This document shows, piece by piece, positions 16,964-25,520 of a DNA stretch of 32,000 nucleotides. Each line of letters begins with the position of its first letter. Position 1 is the first letter of the stretch. The DNA lies in the NCBI RefSeq assembly GCF_000179635.2, contig NC_014833.1:1260001-1292000 (forward strand), written 5' to 3'. The notes beneath the pieces were generated by a model. The model did no database searches, was not told where the DNA came from, and worked only from the letters and a program-made list of their open reading frames with translations. This stretch comes from Ruminococcus albus 7 = DSM 20455 (GTDB taxonomy: Bacteria > Bacillota > Clostridia > Oscillospirales > Ruminococcaceae). A program made the position numbers and the translations under genes.

Positions 16964-19250
16964 GCGCAAGGTATGATGGTAGGTTTGTTATTCCCGCACG
17001 ATTGAAATACTTGACCGCAAGTGCAGCTTTTTCGCGGAGGTCGTTATCAGGAAGAACATCGCGGTAAATCCTGAACGCACGAATAAAATACTGCTCGGCG
17101 GTTTGAATACCGCTTAACTGAGACGTAATGCCGGCTATGTCGAAAAGGAGGTCGGCGTAGTCGGAGGTCGTCTCGGAGTTGGTCGCTTTTACGAAATCGG
17201 CGCACTTTTGGAGCGCGGTTATCGCTCGGCGGGCTTCTCCTGTTTCCGCGAGAAGTCGGGCATAATTGCGCGACATGATTATCACATCGTGGGTCGGAGC
17301 GTTCACCTCCGCGATTATCTGCATAGCATTCTCCATACTCGGCTTCGCGAGGTCGATCTTGCCGTCCGCCTGGTAGAGATAGCCGAGGTTCATGTGGAGA
17401 TTGGCGGCGAGCAAGGGATTTTCCGTCGGGTCGCACATATTAATAGCGCGCTTTTCAAGGTCGATGGCTTTCTTGTAATTGCCGTTCAGCAGACCTTCGC
17501 AGGAGGCTTGGTTATTGAGAAGTAATGCGCGGTCATTTTGTGTAGCAAATGTATCATCTGAAAGCAGATCGGTCATATTGGAAAGGAGCTTGTTCATGCC
17601 GCTTGCATAACGGTACTTTTCCATGTAGGAAAAGCAATCCTCGATGAACAGCAGATAATCTGATGTGTTACATATTTTGATTTTATCCGAGATATTCTCC
17701 ACAGTACCGAACAGCGCAGGATAATATGAAATATCCATTCCATGCTGCAAGCAGATTCGGTGTATGCTGTCAAGCAGAGCGCGGCAATTATCGGTGTCGG
17801 GATTTAGGTCGGAAATGACTATCTCCTGCACAAGCGGGTGCAGAGTGATCTTGTCCGTTTCAAGGTTCTGTATGAAGCCTATCTCGATGAGATCATTTAT
17901 GGTATCCATAGTATCCAGCCCGAACAGTTTTGCGAAAAGACGGGCTCTTATTCCGGCGGTAGGGATAAATGCGGCGGAGCGCATGACAGCCTGCATTTCT
18001 TCGTTCAAGGCAAACAGCGAGAAAAGCGTCTGAATGTGGGCGTGGTAGGTCGCTTTCTTGGTACGACCGTCTTTGTTGATAGTTATCTTGTCGTTGGCTT
18101 CGGGCGCGGCGGAGCTTTCGGAGAGTTTTACAAGTATCTCGTCAGGTTCAAGGATACCTGTCTGCAAGAGTCTTGCGGCGAGCTCTACTGAAAGCGTGTG
18201 ACGGTGTACGGTCTCGATTATGTTTTCGACAGTAGAACGATTATTGTTGACTTCGGTATAATAATGTCCTGCGAGTGATACCAAACTTTCGAGGTCGGAT
18301 ATTTCGGAAAGTTCATAAGTATATCCTACCTCAAAATGACTGCGCGTGGTGAAAATGACTTTACAGCCGTATTTCATCAACACATCGAGCTGCGGTTCGT
18401 TCGCGGCGGTGGTATTAAAATTGTCGATAATCAGCAGCGTGTCGGGCTTGAGGCTGCGCAGAAAGCGGTTGTGCTTTTTGAAACGAGTGGTATTATCGTC
18501 GGTCGGGAGATCGTCGGCGAAGTCCATGTCCTCGATGAGCGTTTGCAGGCTGCCGGGGTATGTGAAGTAGAGAATGTTGGTGTAGTACTTTTTGTGGGTC
18601 TTCGCGTAGGCTTTGGCGAATTCGCTTTTGCCTATGCCCGCGAGACCCGTGACGAAGATCTTGCTGTGCTTTTCAAACAGAGTGTGCAGTTCGGATATTT
18701 CATTATCGCGCCCGCAGAAATGCTTGCAGGGATTTGGTACAGAGCCTGACATAATGAGGTCGGCGGCAGCGGGTGAAAGGGTGCCGCTTGTAATCAGTTT
18801 TGGATCACGTTTTTGAAATTTGCGCTCCATGCCGAAAAGCATTACTGCGGAAATGAAGTCTGCCGCGTCGGTAGAATTCCGCGGAGGATAAAGCTCCGTG
18901 AGGTCGGTTTTCTTTTGGTCGGACACGGAAATATCGTTCATCAGCAGATCGTATATTTCCTGCGCGGCTTTGTCAAGGTCAGTCATCAGAGGGAATATCT
19001 TTTCTTCAAGATCGGAGGCGAGGTATTCCGCATAACCGTCCTGCAAATAGAAGCGCGTTATTGTGGGACTTATGGGGTCTTTGCCCTTGAACCAGCGGTT
19101 GACTCTGCCCTGATCAAAATCGAAATCGTCATTCTCATTGGCGAACTCGTTGAACAGCTGAAACACAAGTTCGGTCTGGCTCAGGGCTTTTGCTTCGCTG
19201 ATGTAATCGGTTATGATGTTGATTATCGAGCAGAAATCGCAGCGGGTCAT
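16935..19250 (-). CDS. STAND NTPase (NB-ARC-like P-loop plus C-terminal TPR repeats), 771 aa
   Basis: RBS aggagg. Walker A is FVTGLAGIGKSEFAKAY and Walker B is DTLLIIDNFN. The C-terminus is TPR-like (LLAANLHMNLGYLYQADGKIDLAKPSMENAMQI). The ~185-aa N-terminal domain is unassigned and contains an XRE-HTH-like stretch, LSQTELVFQL...GRVNRWFKGK. Confidence 0.8.
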   Translation of the reverse strand: MTRCDFCSIINIITDYISEAKALSQTELVFQLFNEFANENDDFDFDQGRVNRWFKGKDPISPTITRFYLQDGYAEYLASDLEEKIFPLMTDLDKAAQEIYDLLMNDISVSDQKKTDLTELYPPRNSTDAADFISAVMLFGMERKFQKRDPKLITSGTLSPAAADLIMSGSVPNPCKHFCGRDNEISELHTLFEKHSKIFVTGLAGIGKSEFAKAYAKTHKKYYTNILYFTYPGSLQTLIEDMDFADDLPTDDNTTRFKKHNRFLRSLKPDTLLIIDNFNTTAANEPQLDVLMKYGCKVIFTTRSHFEVGYTYELSEISDLESLVSLAGHYYTEVNNNRSTVENIIETVHRHTLSVELAARLLQTGILEPDEILVKLSESSAAPEANDKITINKDGRTKKATYHAHIQTLFSLFALNEEMQAVMRSAAFIPTAGIRARLFAKLFGLDTMDTINDLIEIGFIQNLETDKITLHPLVQEIVISDLNPDTDNCRALLDSIHRICLQHGMDISYYPALFGTVENISDKIKICNTSDYLLFIEDCFSYMEKYRYASGMNKLLSNMTDLLSDDTFATQNDRALLLNNQASCEGLLNGNYKKAIDLEKRAINMCDPTENPLLAANLHMNLGYLYQADGKIDLAKPSMENAMQIIAEVNAPTHDVIIMSRNYARLLAETGEARRAITALQKCADFVKATNSETTSDYADLLFDIAGITSQLSGIQTAEQYFIRAFRIYRDVLPDNDLREKAALAVKYFNRAGITNLPSYLALSENAATAE

Positions 19251-19334
19251 GGGGTGCCTCCTACAAAGAATTATACAACTATTATATCACAAATTGGGGT
19301 GATTTGCAATGTTTTACTGTATGTTTGATAGAAC

Positions 19335-19574
19335 TTGAAAATTTTTTTTGGAAGGGATGATAGATTGAACAGAAAGACAACAAATGAAGTTCCTATTTGG
19401 GAGAAATCAAACCTGACGCTTGAAGAAGCCGCGGCATATTTCAACATCGGACAGAACAAGCTGCGGGAGCTTACAAATGACGAAAACTGCGACTTCGTTA
19501 TATGGGTCGGCACCAAAAGACTGATAAAACGCTTGAAGCTGGAGGAATATCTGGCAAAGGCATATTCGATATAA
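19335..19574 (+). CDS. xis: excisionase-type helix-turn-helix protein
   Basis: HTH LTLEEAAAYFNIGQNKLRELTND. Collinear with the paralog at 22520-22768. Sits immediately upstream of the integrase. TTG start; an alternative TTG at 19365 has better RBS spacing. Confidence 0.75.
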   Translation: MKIFFGRDDRLNRKTTNEVPIWEKSNLTLEEAAAYFNIGQNKLRELTNDENCDFVIWVGTKRLIKRLKLEEYLAKAYSI

Positions 19575-19656
19575 AAATATAGTTGACATCGGGGCGCGTT
19601 TGGTGTATAATAATTACATCAGACGTGTCCTCTATGTTATGAAAGAGAGGTTTATC

Positions 19657-20904
19657 ATGGCAATAGAGAGACGCAAGGATAACAAGAAAAGAGTCCTGAA
19701 AGAGGGCGAATATCAGAGGTCAAACGGTTCGTTTGAATTCAAGTGGCGCGACAAGATGGGCAAACGTCATTCGGTGTATGCCAAGACACTCGATGAGCTT
19801 CGTGAGAAGGAGCTTGATGTACTGCGCGATACACTTGACGGTATAAACGCGGACGTGAAAAATCTCACGATAAATGATCTGTACAACAAGTGGAAAACGC
19901 TGAAAAAGGGCTTGAAGGACAACACCTTCTCCAACTACAAGTATTCCTATGAGCAGTTTGTGGAGCCGAAGTTCGGCAGGATAAAGCTGACCGATCTCAA
20001 GCGCACCGATGTGAGAGCGTTCTACAATTATCTCGCTGACGAGCGGCACATCAAGGTCAACAGTATCGACTGCATACATACTGTGCTGCATCAGGTTCTG
20101 GAGCTGGCTGTCGAGGACGATTATCTCAGATACAATCCCTCGGACAACGCCTTGAAAGAACTGAAACGTGCGCACAGCAGCGACTTTGACACAAGACGAG
20201 CGCTGACTCTTGAAGAACAGCAGATCTTCGAGAACTATCTCGCAGACTCGGCTAAATACGCGCACTGGCTGCCGATATTCACGGTAATGCTGTGGACTGG
20301 CATGAGAGTCGGAGAGCTTACGGGGCTTCGCTGGGAGGACGTGGATTTTGAGGAGAACACGATCAGCGTAAATCACACGCTTGTATATTTCAGCATGGGA
20401 AAGCAGAATGGCTGCACCTTTGCGGTGAATACTCCCAAGACCGAAGCAGGCAAGCGGGCGATACCCATGCTGCCGAAAGTGAGAGAAGCTCTTTTGAAAG
20501 AAAAGGCGTTTCAGGAGGAAGTCGGCATCACCTGTAAGGCGGAGGTTGACGGGTTCAGCAATTTCATTTTCGTAAACCGCTTCGGGAACGTTCAGCATCA
20601 GGGAACGCTCAACAAGGCGCTGAAAAGGATAATCCGTGACTGCAATTATGAGTTGCTCGACAATAGCGGCGGCAAGGAAGTCACTACCCTGCCGAATTTC
20701 AGCAACCATTCGCTGAGACACACCTTCACGACGAGAATGTGCGAGGCGGGCGTGAACATCAAGGCGATGCAGGATATTCTCGGGCACGCCGACGTTGAAA
20801 CTACTTTAGGGATTTACGCCGATGCGACAAAGGAACTGAAGTCGAAAGAGATGATCGGTTTCGAGGAGTATTTCAAGTCGCTGACCGATGAGGATGCCGA
20901 GTGA
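19657..20904 (+). CDS. int: tyrosine site-specific integrase with N-terminal arm-binding domain
   Basis: ATG at 19657 after RBS gagagg. Catalytic signature is TGMRVGELTGLRWEDVD (Arg), HSLRHTFTTR (H-x-x-R) and LGHADVETTLGIYAD (His, Tyr). The N-terminus KRVLKEGEYQRSNGSFEFKW resembles Tn916-type arm-binding domains. Confidence 0.92.
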   Translation: MAIERRKDNKKRVLKEGEYQRSNGSFEFKWRDKMGKRHSVYAKTLDELREKELDVLRDTLDGINADVKNLTINDLYNKWKTLKKGLKDNTFSNYKYSYEQFVEPKFGRIKLTDLKRTDVRAFYNYLADERHIKVNSIDCIHTVLHQVLELAVEDDYLRYNPSDNALKELKRAHSSDFDTRRALTLEEQQIFENYLADSAKYAHWLPIFTVMLWTGMRVGELTGLRWEDVDFEENTISVNHTLVYFSMGKQNGCTFAVNTPKTEAGKRAIPMLPKVREALLKEKAFQEEVGITCKAEVDGFSNFIFVNRFGNVQHQGTLNKALKRIIRDCNYELLDNSGGKEVTTLPNFSNHSLRHTFTTRMCEAGVNIKAMQDILGHADVETTLGIYADATKELKSKEMIGFEEYFKSLTDEDAE

Positions 20905-20908
20905 AAGC

Positions 20909-20941
20909 TTACGACCAACTTACGACCGTTTTACGACCAAC
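20909..20941 (+). repeat. arm-type integrase binding repeats (TTACGACC x3), right arm
   Basis: ttacgaccaac ttacgaccg tt ttacgaccaac. The first 20 nt are identical to 1919-1938. Confidence 0.55.
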
Positions 20942-21042
20942 TGTGAAGACTTATGAAGAATTATGTAAAACCGAAAATGCAGACCCATTGAAAATACAGG
21001 GTTTTGAAGGGCTGCGAAGGGTTATGAATTGTCGGGGATGTT

Positions 21043-21067
21043 TTCCCGACGATGAAGAGCATCGACT
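21043..21067 (+). repeat. attR core: displaced copy of the lysS 3-prime end
   Basis: Exact 25-bp copy of 1848-1872. It reads ttc ccg acg atg aag agc atc gac taa, which translates as FPTMKSID followed by a stop. Confidence 0.8.
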
Positions 21068-21176
21068 AAGAAAAGTGCGTATTTAGGCGGTTTAAGAGGT
21101 GCTGAAATTACATTTTTTCGCATCAAAACATCAAATTCGCATCAAATTGAAGATTATAAATAACAGTGTATAAATA

Positions 21177-21210
21177 ATCACCGATGTGTTGCAGTGAACA
21201 CATCGGTGAT
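21177..21210. terminator. 14-bp perfect hairpin abutting the stop of the second integrase
   Basis: Stem atcaccgatgtgtt / aacacatcggtgat with loop gcagtg. T-rich sequence follows on both strands. Confidence 0.6.
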
Positions 21211-21213
21211 TTC

Positions 21214-22455
21214 TTATTCCTTTTCATCACCGCTATCGTTAAGATAACGATCAAATTCTTTGAACTCCCTCTGTTTCAAGTCCTTGGTGGCTTCAGCGTA
21301 GACGTTCATCGTGGTATTGAAATCAGCGTGACCTAATACGTCCTGAATGACTTTGATGTTAACTCCGGATTCGCACAGTCTGGTAGCGAAAGTGTGCCTG
21401 AGCGAATGACAGCTGAATCTTGGCAGTAATGTTACATTTGCCTTTCCCTTTGACTTGGCTATTATCTCTTCGTTGCAGTCACGAGTGATCCGACGTATAG
21501 CCTTATTCAGTGTACCCTGATTATGTACATTACCGAAACGATTGACAAACACAAAATTGGTGTAGCCGTCTATCGTGACAGTACATTCGATCTCGGCTTC
21601 ACGCTGATAGTGTTCTTCCTGTATAAAAGCCTCTTTTACACCGTTGAGGATAGGTATCGTTCTTACACCTGCCTTGGTCTTGGGCGTGTGAATGTTGAAA
21701 TAACATCCGTTTTCCTTATGTTTGTAATATACGAGTGTGTGGTTAATGCTGATAAATTCGCCGTCAAGATCAACGTCTTCCCAGCGTAAGCCTGTTATCT
21801 CGCCAACTCTCATGCCGGTATTTAGCATTATGTAGAAAATAGGATACCAGTGATGGTACTTCCCGTTTCTGGAAATGTAGTTCATAAAAATATCCTGTTC
21901 CTCGCGTGTCAGAGCACGTTTCTTTTCGGTATCAAAGTTACTAGCCTGCTTGAAATGTTTCAGCGCATTGTCAGAGGGGTTAGTTCTTAGATAATTGTCC
22001 TGTACTGCCAGATCAAGCACCTGATGCAGAATGTTTTGTATGACTTCGATTGTGTTCTCTTTTAGACCTCGCTCGTAAATAAGCCTATTGTAGAATGACA
22101 GTACATCGGAGTATCTGATGCCCTTAACCTTATATTTGCCAAAATCGTAACGAATAAAACTGTCATACATATACTTGTAATTCTGAAAGGTGTTGTCTTT
22201 AAGTCCTTTCTTCAAAGCAAACCATATGTCTGCGAGATTGTTGAGCAGTACACTGTCTGCATCGGGACGAATACCGTATGCATGACTGCTGACGATATCT
22301 TCCTCTTTCTGCCGAAGATCTTCCAGAGTCTTGGCATACTTGAAGCAGCGCTTGCCGTTTTTCATAATGTAATCGTAGCGATAAGTACCGTTAGCAAGTT
22401 CCTGCTCACCCTTTTTTAATACTCTTCCTTTGCTGTCTCTGCGTCTTTTAGCCAT
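21214..22455 (-). CDS. int: tyrosine site-specific integrase, paralog of the integrase at 19657-20904
   Basis: ATG at 22455 after RBS aaaggagg. Motifs are TGMRVGEITGLRWEDVD, HSLRHTFATR and LGHADFNTTMNVYAE. Collinear with the first integrase over its full length, with about half the residues identical by eye. Confidence 0.92.
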   Translation of the reverse strand: MAKRRRDSKGRVLKKGEQELANGTYRYDYIMKNGKRCFKYAKTLEDLRQKEEDIVSSHAYGIRPDADSVLLNNLADIWFALKKGLKDNTFQNYKYMYDSFIRYDFGKYKVKGIRYSDVLSFYNRLIYERGLKENTIEVIQNILHQVLDLAVQDNYLRTNPSDNALKHFKQASNFDTEKKRALTREEQDIFMNYISRNGKYHHWYPIFYIMLNTGMRVGEITGLRWEDVDLDGEFISINHTLVYYKHKENGCYFNIHTPKTKAGVRTIPILNGVKEAFIQEEHYQREAEIECTVTIDGYTNFVFVNRFGNVHNQGTLNKAIRRITRDCNEEIIAKSKGKANVTLLPRFSCHSLRHTFATRLCESGVNIKVIQDVLGHADFNTTMNVYAEATKDLKQREFKEFDRYLNDSGDEKE

Positions 22456-22519
22456 AAGAATTCCTCCTTTATAAATAACGGCGGACGCTAAACCTAACGT
22501 CCGCCGTATAGTCAATTTG

Positions 22520-22768
22520 CTAGATGGAATAGGCATTAGCAATAAATTCATCAAACGGCTTACGCTTGATGAGCCTTTTGTTGCCGATCCAAATCACAAA
22601 CTTGCAATTCTCGTCAGCGGTCAGCTCTCTGAGCTTGTTTTGCCCGATGTTGGAATACTCGGCAGCTTCCGCTATGGTAAGAGTACTCTTTTCCCAGATA
22701 GGGACTGTCTTGTTGTCCAACAGGTAGACGGTTTCGTTGCGTTCAGCAATGATTTCCTTAGTTCTCAT
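22520..22768 (-). CDS. xis: excisionase-type helix-turn-helix protein
   Basis: ATG at 22768 after RBS aaaggagg. The sequence PIWEKSTLTIAEAAEYSNIGQNKLRELTADENCKFVIWIGNKRLIKR is collinear with the protein at 19335-19574. Confidence 0.75.
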   Translation of the reverse strand: MRTKEIIAERNETVYLLDNKTVPIWEKSTLTIAEAAEYSNIGQNKLRELTADENCKFVIWIGNKRLIKRKPFDEFIANAYSI

Positions 22769-22931
22769 GTTCGAACCTCCTTTCATTAATGTGTAGTTGT
22801 CGGAAGCTCCTCTGTGAATGAGGAACTTCCAGTGTTGTATACTAAAATTATGTATAACTAAGAAACTTTGATATGCTGTATTACTGCTTAGATTGACCCT
22901 GAGGTACCTTTGATTTTGACTTGTTATTGGG

Positions 22932-24785
22932 CTAGTGGGATTTATTATCGCCCCAAGTACCATATTGCGCGGAACCTCTGTGATCGCCGGCCCAAGGAAG
23001 ATTGTAAAAATCTGTGTTGACTTTGCCATATTCTTTACGCTGTCTGTTCTGGTCTAGTTCTTCAAGACGAGACAGGTAGATCTGATAGTAGTCACCTTTA
23101 GGTTTTTCGGGGATGTTGATATGACTGACATATTCTCCACCTACAACTTTAAGAAGACCGTGATAATGCAGCTGTTTGGATACCGCCTGCTTAGTAGGCT
23201 TAACTTCGAGCTTGTTGACTTGTTTAAGCCATGCTACGAGAGTATCACCTTTTACACAAAGGCACTGTCCGTCATAGAAAAAAATAAATTTGGGCAATGT
23301 ACCACTTTTTGCAGCTGTTTTCATTGCCTTATGATACTCTTTCCAATTCTCTGTTACGATTTCACAGAATTGCCGATACAGCACTTTGTTGATCAAAGGT
23401 ATTATGAAATCATAGCCGGATTCGCATTTTGAAGTGTCGATATAACCTAGTGTATCATTTATACAGGTATCTATTGACGCTTCAAGCTTGGTTGAAAAAC
23501 GATCGATCATCTTAGTATCAAGTTTAAGCTTTTCTTTGAGGAAAAGCTTAAATATTGAAAGTGTTATCTCCAGTAGATGCTTGGTTCTCAAAACGCGGTG
23601 AAGTCCTTCGTATTTTGAAGCATCATACTTACGATAATCGGATCTCCACGCAGCAAGTTCATTGACTGCCTTTGTTCTGAGTTCATCGTAATTCTGGCAC
23701 ACCCATTCAAGAAAATCATAGATAAATGCCAGATATCTGGCCTTGTTTTCTGTGAAAAAGGAAAGCTCGGCAGGATCAAATGACTGATTCAGCTTGATAA
23801 GTAAGCAACGGTTTAGTGTGCTGTAATTATTCAGCACATATTCCGCTGTAACGTAAGCCACGTGATTCAGTTTTCCATTGATGCCTTTATCCATGCTGTT
23901 GCCTGCGCCTTGGTTATGCTGGATCCACATAGATAGCTTGGCTTCTTGGGCATTCGTTACCCTTGATGAGATCGACTTATTCAGATCGTCAACCAAAATT
24001 GGGATATCTGTAAAGATGTTCAGCTGATCGATAGCCTTCTTCTCACTTGAAAGTGAGGCTATGTTCTCGCTGCCGGAAAACAGATCCACATAAAATTTGG
24101 CTATGGTGGTTTTTCCACTACCGGTAGGTCCGAATATGTAGTTTGTATAACCATACTGCTCTTCGGTGCCATCTTCAAGTAAGTGCTTTACGAATGAAGA
24201 AAGCACAGTTAGTAACAAAACCGGTGGAAATACTGGCGAATTGGCTATCCTGGTAAGCAAATCCATATATCCGTAACCATGATTCCTTGGTCTGAGCTGT
24301 ATACCGCAATTGTTGATCAGATTCATACTCTTGTCAACATTTATCATCACATTGCCTAAGACAAAGTAATGGCGTTTCAGCACAGAATCGTAGTGTAAAC
24401 CCTGTTTAACGCTATTGAATTTTAAAGGTTCGATCCCGTCCAGGTTCAGATTTATTATCTCAGATAACACCTTGTTCATCGTGGCCTCACTTAAATAATA
24501 AACAAACCCTGGAGGTAAATGCTTTAATGCACGACGTTTTCTAACATCTTCATACGGAAAAACGATAGTTTGTTCCGTATTCTTCCTGCTGCGCAGTTTG
24601 AGCCAGACATTAATCTGGTCTTCTTCTGAATATGCGCCCATACTAACGATCGTGAAGTTAGTGATGGTCTCCAGTTCCTTTCCCTTACCTTGTTCTATGC
24701 TAAGGGTACCATCCGGATTTTCAACTATTCCCGGTTGGAATTCTGGCTTCAAACTAGAAGGTTTTTTCTTGTCAATATCTGACAT
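22932..24785 (-). CDS. SF3-type replicative helicase / P-loop NTPase of mobile elements (DUF927/primase-helicase-like)
   Basis: RBS aaggagag. Walker A is YIFGPTGSGKTTIAKF and Walker B is IPILVDDLN. Size and position next to xis/int match replication helicases of integrative elements. The family name is from memory only. Confidence 0.7.
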   Translation of the reverse strand: MSDIDKKKPSSLKPEFQPGIVENPDGTLSIEQGKGKELETITNFTIVSMGAYSEEDQINVWLKLRSRKNTEQTIVFPYEDVRKRRALKHLPPGFVYYLSEATMNKVLSEIINLNLDGIEPLKFNSVKQGLHYDSVLKRHYFVLGNVMINVDKSMNLINNCGIQLRPRNHGYGYMDLLTRIANSPVFPPVLLLTVLSSFVKHLLEDGTEEQYGYTNYIFGPTGSGKTTIAKFYVDLFSGSENIASLSSEKKAIDQLNIFTDIPILVDDLNKSISSRVTNAQEAKLSMWIQHNQGAGNSMDKGINGKLNHVAYVTAEYVLNNYSTLNRCLLIKLNQSFDPAELSFFTENKARYLAFIYDFLEWVCQNYDELRTKAVNELAAWRSDYRKYDASKYEGLHRVLRTKHLLEITLSIFKLFLKEKLKLDTKMIDRFSTKLEASIDTCINDTLGYIDTSKCESGYDFIIPLINKVLYRQFCEIVTENWKEYHKAMKTAAKSGTLPKFIFFYDGQCLCVKGDTLVAWLKQVNKLEVKPTKQAVSKQLHYHGLLKVVGGEYVSHINIPEKPKGDYYQIYLSRLEELDQNRQRKEYGKVNTDFYNLPWAGDHRGSAQYGTWGDNKSH

Positions 24786-25520
24786 ATTTTATCTCTCCTT
24801 ATGTTAAGTATGACAATAAGCTATGGACATTGTGATTTTATTATAGTATAATAGAAAATGACCATACGCTGTCTATAACACTGCACTTATTGTCAGTGTT
24901 TTTGTAACGTGTAATTCTGACCATAAGAGACAGATAAATGCCCCAATTACCGTCGATAACAGAACAATACGGCGAATGATTCCTGATGGAATCCTCTTGT
25001 GTTGTTCACTGTTATAAACACTGGTACAATAGCCGCTGAGTTACAAATTTTGCCATCAGTGATTTCTTCTTTGTAAAAGTCAACGGCACTTACCAAATTG
25101 GTAAGAGTAACTTGTGTTAGCGTAATTATACCATAAATATTATTACTTGAAAAGACAGGGATTTTGCTGTATATCATGACTAATATATCATTCTAGTATT
25201 TTACCAGTAATATAGTATAGAAAAATACTGATATATACACTGAAAGTAATTAAAAATCATGAATATATTAAAAATCAGGCAACTTTCTAATGCTTGATTA
25301 TTAGGCGAAAACTGATAATTTTTAGTAAGGTAAACATTTTTTAAATCTTATTTATTCTGGCTACCAGACACTTGTTAACCATATGTCAGAAACTTTTTTT
25401 CATGATGCTGGGAGGAAGACTATGAAGTATGGTAAAGGGTTTTGGCACGGCGAGTGAGAATAGTCGGTGAAAAAACAAGACATAGTATGCAACCGAATAA
25501 AATGCTTGGGAGGTTTTATA

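Larger units (their letters stand above)
1848..21067. mobile_element. integrative mobilizable element (~19.2 kb) inserted in the 3-prime end of lysS
   Basis: Flanked by 25-bp direct repeats, with arm-type repeats inside both ends. xis and a tyrosine integrase sit at the right end. mobC, a relaxase and parM-like genes are internal. No conjugation (T4SS) genes were seen, hence mobilizable rather than conjugative. Confidence 0.75.

Noticed and set aside
20901-21086. 61-aa ORF downstream of the integrase
   Set aside because: It spans the arm repeats and the att core and is better explained as recombination-site DNA.
24947-25177. 76-aa minus-strand ORF in the AT-rich gap
   Set aside because: It has no RBS and no recognisable motif, and it lies within a probable promoter or regulatory region between divergent genes.
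25422-25457. 11-codon upstream ORF (MKYGKGFWHGE) with a strong RBS before the 411-429-aa gene
   Set aside because: It is too short to evaluate and conservation cannot be checked here. It is noted only as a possible leader.
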